Below the pieces are notes generated by a model. It made no database searches and was not told the origin of the DNA. It worked only from the letters and a program-made list of their open reading frames with translations. Positions 43,901-51,550 of a DNA stretch of 51,550 bases are shown here, in pieces. Origin of the DNA: an uncultured Methanosarcinales archaeon (GTDB lineage Archaea > Nanobdellota > Nanobdellia > Woesearchaeales > SKGA01). The stretch covers positions 1-51,550 of the forward strand of contig CAYSFC010000003.1 in the NCBI GenBank assembly GCA_964430665.1. The letters run 5' to 3'. Both the position numbers and the translations under genes were made by a program. The first letter of the stretch is position 1, and each line of letters begins with the position of its first letter.

Positions 43901-45758
43901 AATTATTGGTATAGATTTAGGTACAACATTCAGTGCTGTTGCAGTACTTGAAGGTGGAAAACCAACTATAATTCCGAACGCAGAAGGAGCTAGAACAACA
44001 CCAAGCGTAGTTTCCATAAAGAATGGAGAACGATTAGTTGGAAAATTAGCAAAAAATCAATCGGTTTTAAACCCAGATCACACTGTAAGATCAATCAAAA
44101 GACATATGGGTGAAGATCACAAAGTAACAATAGATGGGAAAGATTATAGTCCTCAAGAAATTAGTGCAATGATTTTAGGAAAACTAAAAGCAGATGCAGA
44201 AGCATACTTAGGAGAACCTGTAAATAAAGCAGTAATAACTGTTCCAGCCTACTTTACTGATGCACAAAGACAAGCAACAAAAGATGCAGGTAAAATTGCA
44301 GGACTAGAAGTTGAAAGAATTATCAACGAACCGACTGCAGCATCATTAGCATATGGATTAGATAAAGGACATGATCACACAATCTTAGTTTTCGATTTTG
44401 GTGGTGGAACTTTTGATGTATCTATATTAGAACTAGGAGATGGTGTTTTTGAAGTTAAAGCATCAAACGGAGATAACTTATTAGGTGGAGACGATATAGA
44501 TCAACTCTTAATTGATTACATGGCTGATGATTTCAAAGCAAGCCAAGGTGTTGATTTAAGAAACGACAAAACAGCTTTACAAAGATTAAAAGAAGCTGCA
44601 GAAAATGCAAAGATTGAATTGTCCTCAAAACAATCCACAAGCATAAATCTACCTTTTATTACAGCAGATTCAACAGGTCCAAAACATCTAACTATGGAAA
44701 TTACAAGACCTCAATTCAACGATTTAATTAAAGATATACTTGAAAGATTAAAAGCTCCAACAGAGAAAGCTCTAAAAGATTCTGGTTTATCTACAAATGA
44801 AATAAACAAAATTATTTTCGTAGGAGGTTCAACAAGAATACCTGCAGTACAAGAGTTAGTTAAAAAACTAACTGGAAAAGAAGGAGATAAATCTGTAAAT
44901 CCAGATGAAGCTGTTGCACTAGGTGCATCCATTCAAGGAGGAATTCTAGCAGGAGATGTTAAAGATGTTTTACTTTTAGATGTAACTCCATTAAGTTTAG
45001 GTATTGAAACTTTAGGAGGTGTTTTTACAAAAATAATTGATAAAAACACAACAATTCCAACAAAGAAAAGTCAAACATTCTCTACTGCAGCAGATAATCA
45101 ACCAGCAGTTACAATCAAAGTTGGTCAAGGTGAACGTTCTATGTTTACAGACAATAAAGAACTAGGACAATTCGATTTAGTGGGAATACCTCCTGCACCT
45201 CGTGGAGTTCCACAAATCGAAGTTACCTTCGACATAGATGCAAATGGAATAGTTCATGTTTCTGCAAAAGATTTAGGAACAAATAAAGAACAATCTATTA
45301 AAATAACTGCATCCTCTAATTTATCTGACGAAGAAATTGAAAAAATGAAAAAAGATGCTGAAGCGCATGCCGCAGAAGATAAGAAAAAGAAAGAAGAAAT
45401 TGAAATTATAAATCAAGCAGACACTTTAGTATTTTCAGCAGAAAAACTTTTCAAAGACTTTGAAGGAAAAGTAGATAAAACTGAGATTGAATCTGTGAAA
45501 AAAGAAATTGATGCATTAAAGAAACTTTTAGAAGTAGAGAAAAAAGATGTAGATGCAATAAAAAAGAAAACTGAAGAAATTAATGAAAAAATTCAAAAAT
45601 TATCTACAGAAATGTATCAAAAGGCTGCTGCCGCACAACAGAAAGCCGGAACACAGAATGCTGAGGACTCTACATCTAAAGATGGAGAGGACGTTGTTGA
45701 TGCAGATTTCACAGAAGAAAAATCAGACAAAAAGAAAGATGCTGAAGAGAAGAAATAA
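43893..45758 (+). CDS. dnaK: Hsp70 chaperone DnaK
   Basis: [38 protein letters not shown]. The ATG after AAGGTGA is preferred. Confidence 0.95.
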   Translation: MSKIIGIDLGTTFSAVAVLEGGKPTIIPNAEGARTTPSVVSIKNGERLVGKLAKNQSVLNPDHTVRSIKRHMGEDHKVTIDGKDYSPQEISAMILGKLKADAEAYLGEPVNKAVITVPAYFTDAQRQATKDAGKIAGLEVERIINEPTAASLAYGLDKGHDHTILVFDFGGGTFDVSILELGDGVFEVKASNGDNLLGGDDIDQLLIDYMADDFKASQGVDLRNDKTALQRLKEAAENAKIELSSKQSTSINLPFITADSTGPKHLTMEITRPQFNDLIKDILERLKAPTEKALKDSGLSTNEINKIIFVGGSTRIPAVQELVKKLTGKEGDKSVNPDEAVALGASIQGGILAGDVKDVLLLDVTPLSLGIETLGGVFTKIIDKNTTIPTKKSQTFSTAADNQPAVTIKVGQGERSMFTDNKELGQFDLVGIPPAPRGVPQIEVTFDIDANGIVHVSAKDLGTNKEQSIKITASSNLSDEEIEKMKKDAEAHAAEDKKKKEEIEIINQADTLVFSAEKLFKDFEGKVDKTEIESVKKEIDALKKLLEVEKKDVDAIKKKTEEINEKIQKLSTEMYQKAAAAQQKAGTQNAEDSTSKDGEDVVDADFTEEKSDKKKDAEEKK

Positions 45759-45796
45759 TTCTTCTCAATTTTTATTTTTATTTTATTATTTAGAAG

Positions 45797-46912
45797 GTGT
45801 GTAAAATCGTAAAAATAGAAAACAAAGTATTACTTCAAAAATTCAAAGATTACATTAGTTCTATAAATACAGAAAGTAATGTTGCAATAGTTCATCATAC
45901 AGATGCAGATGGAATGTCATCTGGAACAATAACTAAAATTTCTTTAGAAAGATTAAACATAATTCCAAAATTAGTTTTACCTACCAGTAAAAGGAAAATG
46001 ACTGAAGAATTAATCGAACTATTAAATAAATATAAAGTTACACATTTAATAATAACTGATCTACCAGGAGAGTCTTTTCAAAATATCGAAAAAATACCAC
46101 AAATAAAAGTGTTAGTTATAGATCATCATCCTGTCGAAAAAGAAATTATTCCTGAAAACATATTAGTAATCAAACCAAATTTATTTCAATCTCAACTCCA
46201 AACATTTAATATGTGTGCAACCCACATTTGTTATCTTTTCTTTTCAGAAATAATAAATATAACTGATTTAGATTGGATAGCTTCGCTAGGCATGATTGGA
46301 GATATATGTTATGAATCTCAGAAAGAATTCATAGATCAAGTCCTAAGAAAAAATAACACAGACATAAAACCCGATGTTTATGACACTGAATTTGGAACAT
46401 TAGTTAATTACATAACTTATGCAGATGCCACTAAAGAAGAAGAATCATACAAAAAAGTTTTAGACGCATTAAGCACTTCAAATAATTACAAAGAAGCTTT
46501 ACAAAAACTAATTGAATTTAAACACATAGAAAACACTGTAAAAAAATATATAGAAAATTTTCAAAAAGATGTAGAAAAAATAAACGAAAATTTATATTTT
46601 TATGAAATAGATTCTCCTTATGATTTAGGTTCAATGATATCAACAGTAATATCTATAAAACAAATACCTCAAAGCGCCCTTTTTGTTTTAAACAAACACT
46701 TTGAAAACAAATTAAGAATAAGTGCAAGATGTCAATCTGGAAATCAAGACATGGGAAAAATAATGTTCAAAGCACAATCGTTATTTGAAAACTCTAACGG
46801 AGGAGGGCATAAACCTGCTGCAGGAGGAACAATACAACAAAAAGATGAAAAGAAATTTAAAGAGTTTGTAATTAATGAAATAACTAAAGAAAAAGGTGAC
46901 GATAGTGAGTAA
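45797..46912 (+). CDS. DHH/DHHA1 phosphoesterase (NrnA-like)
   Basis: [36 protein letters not shown] start; overlaps dnaJ by about 8 nt. Confidence 0.8.
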   Translation: MCKIVKIENKVLLQKFKDYISSINTESNVAIVHHTDADGMSSGTITKISLERLNIIPKLVLPTSKRKMTEELIELLNKYKVTHLIITDLPGESFQNIEKIPQIKVLVIDHHPVEKEIIPENILVIKPNLFQSQLQTFNMCATHICYLFFSEIINITDLDWIASLGMIGDICYESQKEFIDQVLRKNNTDIKPDVYDTEFGTLVNYITYADATKEEESYKKVLDALSTSNNYKEALQKLIEFKHIENTVKKYIENFQKDVEKINENLYFYEIDSPYDLGSMISTVISIKQIPQSALFVLNKHFENKLRISARCQSGNQDMGKIMFKAQSLFENSNGGGHKPAAGGTIQQKDEKKFKEFVINEITKEKGDDSE

Positions 46913-48008
46913 AGATTATTATAAAATTCTCGGAGTAGAAAAAGGAGCCTCCAAAGAAGAAATAAAAAAAGCATATAAAAAATTAGCTAAAAAATATCAT
47001 CCTGACTTAAATAAAGATAATTCTGAAGCTGAAAAAAAATTCAAAGAAATAAATGAAGCGGCTTCAATTCTTACAAACGAACAAAAACGTTCCCAATATG
47101 ATCAATTTGGATCAGAAGGAATGAATTCTGGTTTCGGCGGAGGAGGTTTCGGCGGAGGATTTGAAGGTTTCGATTTTAACGACATATTCAGCAACATTTT
47201 CGGCGGAGGATTTGGCTCAAGCAGACAAAGAGGACCGCGAAGAGGAGCTGATTTAAGATATGATATCGAAATCTCCTTAGAAGAAGTATTTTCTGGAGTT
47301 GAAAAGAAAATAAAATTAGTAAAAGAAGATACTTGCGATTCTTGCAATGGTGAAGGTGGAACTGATTTAGGCATTTGTGAAACTTGTGGTGGAAGCGGAG
47401 CCACAGTTACAATGAAAAGAACTCCTTTTGGAGTATTTCAAACACAAAGAGTATGTCCTACTTGTCATGGAAGAGGAAAATCTGTGAAAAATACTTGTAC
47501 TGCCTGTGGTGGTTCTGGACATGTTAAAAAAGAAAAAACAATCAAAATCACAATTCCTGAAGGCATTGAATCAGGAACTAAATTAAGAGTTTCAAATGAA
47601 GGAGAACCAGGAGAACCAGGAGCTCCTAAAGGAGACCTATATGTTGTTGTATTTGTTAAAGAACATCCTATTTTTGAAAGAGAAGGAAGTGATTTATACG
47701 TAGATGTTCCAATATCTTTCGCTCAAGCAGCTAAAGGCACAACAATTGAAATACCTACTATTGACGGAATTGCAGATTTAAAGATTCCTTCAGGAACTCA
47801 ACCAGGAACCATATTACGTATGAAAGGAAAAGGTTTACCACATATGAGAGCATATAGTCAAGGAGATCAGTTTGTAAAAATAAAAGTAGAAGTTCCAACA
47901 AGTCTAACTAAAAAACAAAAAGAATTGCTAGATGAATTTGATAAATGTTCGAAAGATAAACACCCACACAAAAAATTATTTGAAAAATTAAAAGACGTAT
48001 TTTCATAA
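46905..48008 (+). CDS. dnaJ: Hsp40 co-chaperone DnaJ (type I: J domain, G/F region, 4x CxxCxGxG zinc finger)
   Basis: [16 protein letters not shown], the [14 protein letters not shown] run, [32 protein letters not shown]. The GTG 5 nt after AAGGTGA is preferred to the track start at 46896. Confidence 0.95.
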   Translation: MSKDYYKILGVEKGASKEEIKKAYKKLAKKYHPDLNKDNSEAEKKFKEINEAASILTNEQKRSQYDQFGSEGMNSGFGGGGFGGGFEGFDFNDIFSNIFGGGFGSSRQRGPRRGADLRYDIEISLEEVFSGVEKKIKLVKEDTCDSCNGEGGTDLGICETCGGSGATVTMKRTPFGVFQTQRVCPTCHGRGKSVKNTCTACGGSGHVKKEKTIKITIPEGIESGTKLRVSNEGEPGEPGAPKGDLYVVVFVKEHPIFEREGSDLYVDVPISFAQAAKGTTIEIPTIDGIADLKIPSGTQPGTILRMKGKGLPHMRAYSQGDQFVKIKVEVPTSLTKKQKELLDEFDKCSKDKHPHKKLFEKLKDVFS

Positions 48009-48096
48009 GAAAGATTTAAATAAATTAAATAAAAACAAAAAGTAGGGATGAAAAAGAGTTAAATAAACTTTCATCTCCAAATTTCGAGGTATTAAA

Positions 48097-48333
48097 ATGG
48101 CTGAAAAACAAAATAAAGATGAACAAATCGGATTTCACAAAGGATCTCTAGACACTTTAGCTAAAGAAAGAACAGAATTAGCAAGAATATTAACAATAGT
48201 AGAACAACTTATTCAATTCCACGCTGCTTCATTAAAAGAATTAGGAGTAGATGTAGAAGCAATGGTTAAAGAAGCTGAAAAACAAGTTCAAGAAACTAAA
48301 GAGAAGAAAAAACCTATTGAAGACATACTATAG
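48097..48333 (+). CDS. Small helical hypothetical protein
   Basis: 78-aa ORF with GAGGTA upstream. No recognisable motif. Confidence 0.45.
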   Translation: MAEKQNKDEQIGFHKGSLDTLAKERTELARILTIVEQLIQFHAASLKELGVDVEAMVKEAEKQVQETKEKKKPIEDIL

Positions 48334-48377
48334 TTATTAATTTTTTTAGTCTGTTAAAAAATCAATGAGCGACTATA

Positions 48378-48674
48378 ATGTTAACTTTAGAAGAAATAAG
48401 AAAATCTCCAATAGCTAAAACAGATGTTGGTGATTTAATTGCTATAAATGGTTTGCCACAGACAGAATTTCTAGTTCAAGGTAAAATAAAAAAAATTCGT
48501 GCAGGTTTATTTTTCATAAATATAGAAGGAGAATCTTTTACAGCATCTAAATTAGATAATTTTGAAGTTGGAGAAAATATTATTTGTGTTATTAGAGCAG
48601 AAGTTGATTCCAATAATGTGAATATAAACAACAATAATGCTAAATTTATAATAAAAGGAGTAGAGAAAATTTAA
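48378..48674 (+). CDS. Hypothetical protein
   Basis: 98-aa ORF with a beta-rich look and an Asn run near the C-terminus. Confidence 0.45.
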   Translation: MLTLEEIRKSPIAKTDVGDLIAINGLPQTEFLVQGKIKKIRAGLFFINIEGESFTASKLDNFEVGENIICVIRAEVDSNNVNINNNNAKFIIKGVEKI

Positions 48675-49015
48675 GCAGCTGCTTCATAATGTATTGTTAG
48701 AGCAATATCTTCAATTTTTTCATGAAGTTTTTCTATTTTTTTAACAAAAACTTCCATATCTTCTTTTTTCATGGTTTTTTTAGCAATATATTTTATAGAA
48801 TTTGCTTCTGTTTTTATCGCCTTAATGTTATTCGCTAAATCTCCATAAGCACCATGTTCTCTAAGAAATCTGTCGCATTGATTTTCTAAAATCTGAACTT
48901 GTTTTAAAATTGTACTTCCAGTTTCAGCATTTTTTACAGCCATCTTCAAACCTTTAATAGCTGTATTTAAATGAACTCCAATATTTCTTATCATAATAAC
49001 ACCTAATGAATTCAA
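48671..49015 (-). CDS. Hypothetical helical protein
   Basis: 114-aa ORF, convergent with the previous gene and overlapping it by 4 nt. Confidence 0.45.
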   Translation of the reverse strand: MNSLGVIMIRNIGVHLNTAIKGLKMAVKNAETGSTILKQVQILENQCDRFLREHGAYGDLANNIKAIKTEANSIKYIAKKTMKKEDMEVFVKKIEKLHEKIEDIALTIHYEAAA

Positions 49016-49044
49016 GATATTTAATTATTTAAATCTTTCTGAAA

Positions 49045-49815
49045 TTATAGAATTTTTTTAATGGCTTTTATTTTCTTCTGGGTTGCTTTTTCTCCAATTT
49101 TAATGAGAGATTTATCATTAAATTTAAAACCAATATATTTATTTTTAAAATCAGGTTTAATTATAACTGTGTTTTTATCTTTAATTACTAATTCTTTTCT
49201 CAACATTTCATAACTATAAAAAATAGATTCAATGAAATTCAAATTTGTACATTTTCTATCATTCATAAAAGGTAAGTCCACAGCAATTATTTTATTCGCT
49301 CCTAATTTTTTAGCAACATCAACAGGTGTAGGATTCAAAAGCCCCCCATCAACAAGAATTTTTTTATTTAATTTAAATGGTGAAAATATCCCTGGAACAC
49401 TCACACTTCCTCTAACTGCTTTAGCTAAACTTCCTTTTTTTATTACCTCAATTTCACCTTTCTGAAAATTTGTAGCAACCACAAAAAAAGGAATTTGTGT
49501 ATCTTTGAAACTTTTTTTAGAATATATTTTTTCAAAAAATTTCTCTACTTTATCCCCCTTTATTAGAGACTTATTAATTTTGTTAAAATCAATCAATTTA
49601 AACAAATCAATATTTTTCATATTTGTGAAAAGTTTCTCAGTTCCAAATATATCTAGATTCAAAGAATAATGTGCGCCTACAATTGCACCAATACTACACC
49701 CAACAATCATATCAATAGGAATATTATTTTTTTCTAATTCTTTAATAACACCTATGTGAGTAACGCCTCTAGCCGAACCAGATCCAAGAACAAGAGCAAC
49801 TTTGTTTTTTACCAT
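49045..49815 (-). CDS. Patatin-like phospholipase
   Basis: LVLGSGSARG (oxyanion GxGxxG), GCSIGA (GxSxG), VDGGL (catalytic Asp). Confidence 0.85.
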   Translation of the reverse strand: MVKNKVALVLGSGSARGVTHIGVIKELEKNNIPIDMIVGCSIGAIVGAHYSLNLDIFGTEKLFTNMKNIDLFKLIDFNKINKSLIKGDKVEKFFEKIYSKKSFKDTQIPFFVVATNFQKGEIEVIKKGSLAKAVRGSVSVPGIFSPFKLNKKILVDGGLLNPTPVDVAKKLGANKIIAVDLPFMNDRKCTNLNFIESIFYSYEMLRKELVIKDKNTVIIKPDFKNKYIGFKFNDKSLIKIGEKATQKKIKAIKKIL

Positions 49816-49893
49816 GTAAAAGATTATAAATTAATTATTTATTAAGTCTTCTATATTAAAAAAATATTTAAACAATGAAATTAATTCAAAATC

Positions 49894-50508
49894 ATGTCTC
49901 AAGAAGAACTAAATAAAATTAAGCAAAAAATAGCAACCGAATTAATTTGCCCACTAAAAAATGAAGCAACAAACATGGTTTTTGGAAAAGGAAATCCTGA
50001 AGCAGATATTTTAATTATAGGAGAAGCTCCTGGAGCAAATGAAGATTTACAAGGAATACCTTTTGTTGGAAAAGCTGGAAAAAACTTAGATAAATTCCTG
50101 AATTTAATTGGTTTGACTCTTGATGACATATATGTGGCAAACATTCTAAAATACAGACCTCCGAAAAATAGAAACCCTACAAAAGAAGAAATACAAAACC
50201 ACACACCTTATTTAATTGAACAAATAAACATAATAAAACCTAAGGTAATTTTACCTTTAGGAAAATTCGCCACTGAATTTTGCTTAGCAAATTTCGACAT
50301 CTCCAAAATGAAAACAATAGTTATGGGGAAAGTTCATGGAAAAATATTCAAAATAAATGATTTAACAATAATTCCCATGTATCATCCAGCTGCCATGATT
50401 TATAATCAGAAACTCAAGACAACTTTGGAAGAAGATTTTATCGAAGTAGGGTCTTTTTTAGGACTCAAAACCAAAAAAACCCCTCAAAATAGCTTAAATG
50501 ACCATTAG
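49894..50508 (+). CDS. Family 4 uracil-DNA glycosylase
   Basis: ILIIGEAPGANEDLQGIPFVGKAGKNLDKFL and the C-terminal HPAA motif. Confidence 0.85.
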   Translation: MSQEELNKIKQKIATELICPLKNEATNMVFGKGNPEADILIIGEAPGANEDLQGIPFVGKAGKNLDKFLNLIGLTLDDIYVANILKYRPPKNRNPTKEEIQNHTPYLIEQINIIKPKVILPLGKFATEFCLANFDISKMKTIVMGKVHGKIFKINDLTIIPMYHPAAMIYNQKLKTTLEEDFIEVGSFLGLKTKKTPQNSLNDH

Positions 50509-50602
50509 AATGCTTCAAACATTTATTAAATTATAATTAGTTGTCATTTATGGGTAGTAACAAAAACGAAACATTTATATAGTTGTTCGAATTAAAAACA
50601 TT

Positions 50603-51289
50603 ATGGGTATGTTTTCAAAATTGTTTTTAAGTGCTGCTTTTTCGCTCTTCGTTTTAAATAGGGCTGTAACCCCTATGTTAACACCTCGTATTGATGAAAC
50701 TCTATTCAATCCTAAAATTCAAGAATGTATGAATACAGAAAAGTACATTCATAATTTTTCAGGGAAAGATAATTCTGAAACTTCTTTAAAATATTTAAAA
50801 TTAGCTCATGCGATAACAACAAAACACATGGATATTAGAAATTATTCTCGTTGGGTTTCCGATGAACTAAGATTAAATAGTAGAAGAGGAAATTGTACAG
50901 AGATCTCGAGATATTCTTATTCTAATTTTTTATACTTGTTAGATGAAGTTGGGAAACCTGAATTAAAAGATTATGTGAGACTAGCGTTAGGAGATGTAAG
51001 CGAGGAAAAAGGTTCAGGAAAACATATGTGGTTAGAAGTTTATCAAAATAATAAATGGGAACCTTACGAATCCATAAATGTTGATTTAGATTCATCTCAA
51101 ATAATTAAACCAGAAAGTATAGATAGTTTAATACCTACAGAAAGAGTTGTTTCTCTAAAAAACTGGAAATACACAAAAACTAATGATTTTCAAGTTTCAA
51201 AAACTGGAGAAGTGGATAGAAACACATATTATTTGTCTGGTTTGAAAACAGAAGGACTTTTATTTGAATATATTTTATCTAAATTATAA
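50603..51289 (+). CDS. Secreted or membrane-anchored transglutaminase-like cysteine peptidase-fold protein
   Basis: The N-terminus is hydrophobic. RRGNCTEISRYSY (Cys) and GKHMWLEVY (His) have the usual spacing for this fold. Confidence 0.55.
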   Translation: MGMFSKLFLSAAFSLFVLNRAVTPMLTPRIDETLFNPKIQECMNTEKYIHNFSGKDNSETSLKYLKLAHAITTKHMDIRNYSRWVSDELRLNSRRGNCTEISRYSYSNFLYLLDEVGKPELKDYVRLALGDVSEEKGSGKHMWLEVYQNNKWEPYESINVDLDSSQIIKPESIDSLIPTERVVSLKNWKYTKTNDFQVSKTGEVDRNTYYLSGLKTEGLLFEYILSKL

Positions 51290-51332
51290 TATTTAAATAA
51301 AATTTTATAAATAGTAATTATTTCTTAATATC

Positions 51333-51400
51333 CTTTTGCGGAGACGTTAATCTGGAAACAGAACACAACGTTCAGGATGCAGAAATTTTTTGCGGAGATG
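51333..51400 (+). repeat. Direct repeat of the tRNA-Leu 5' acceptor strand plus leader
   Basis: TTTTGCGGAGA occurs at 51333..51343 and again at 51388..51398, 55 nt apart. The following dinucleotides are CG versus TG. Confidence 0.6.
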
Positions 51401-51475
51401 CCGGAGTGGTCAAACGGGACACGTTAAGGCCGTGTTGGCTTAGTGCCTACGAGAGTTCGAATCTTTCTCTCCGCA
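51392..51475 (+). tRNA. Type II tRNA-Leu; the fold places AAG at the anticodon; no encoded CCA
   Basis: Acceptor GCGGAGA/TCTCCGC plus discriminator A. D arm CCG-GAGTGGTCAAA-CGG. Anticodon arm ACACG-TTAAGGC-CGTGT. Long variable arm TGGCTTAGTGCCTAC. T arm GAGAG-TTCGAAT-CTTTC. Confidence 0.8.
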
Positions 51476-51550
51476 TTATATTTATCTCAGATAGATTTAA
51501 ACTATATGTTTCAAAGTTAAAAGAGAAAGTGACGAACGAAGTGACAATAC

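Noticed and set aside
45583-45804. 73-aa ORF in an alternative frame at the 3' end of dnaK.
   Set aside because: It is out of frame with the conserved DnaK C-terminus, it is basic low-complexity sequence, and it has no independent start signal.
1-51550. Search for CRISPR arrays, transposases or integrases near the three tRNAs, reverse transcriptase/DGR template-variable repeat pairs, toxin-antitoxin pairs and known defence genes.
   Set aside because: I could not find regularly spaced direct repeats, recombinase or RT motifs, or recognisable defence domains on either strand. The only tRNA-associated repeat is the short 11-nt duplication, which is reported separately.

Overview
This window is strongly AT-rich and very gene-dense. 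Intergenic gaps are short, many neighbouring genes overlap by a few nt in ATGA or TAATG style, and GGTG/GAGG Shine-Dalgarno-like motifs sit before many starts. The gene content is unambiguously archaeal: exosome Rrp4/Rrp41/Rrp42, proteasome alpha, SBDS, RNase P Pop5, fibrillarin and Nop5, aIF5A, L40e, L37Ae, RpoP, Pcc1-like, prefoldin beta and UPF0147. Small protein sizes, a giant glycosylation-sequon-rich surface protein and the AT bias suggest a reduced-genome DPANN-type lineage; this is inference only. I call about 60 CDS, three of them small genes missing from the ORF track (L40e, RpoP, one acidic peptide), plus 3 tRNAs. I saw no rRNA, CRISPR array, transposase, integrase, reverse transcriptase or recognisable defence genes. 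The observations most worth follow-up are: (1) a glycogen locus pairing a GlgA-like synthase with a eukaryote-type GT3 glycogen synthase, a debranching-enzyme homologue and an unassigned protein; (2) tRNA-Gly and tRNA-Pro, each carrying a roughly 40-nt intron at the same non-canonical T-loop position, and a tRNA-Leu that folds with an A34 (AAG) anticodon and has its 5' acceptor strand duplicated upstream; (3) a Nop5 lacking the fibrillarin-binding N-terminal domain, with a membrane-protein gene wedged between nop5 and the fibrillarin gene; (4) a ribbon-helix-helix::sugar-nucleotidyltransferase fusion behind a perfect 10-bp palindrome; (5) a UvrD-type helicase flanked by RecQ-type RQC and HRDC domains; (6) a HerA-like ATPase with a wHTH tail and no NurA partner; (7) a degenerate RtcA/Rcl1-like protein; (8) a grpE-dnaK-[DHH]-dnaJ operon behind a palindromic candidate operator. 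Hand-derived coordinates were counted by eye and may be off by 1-2 nt.
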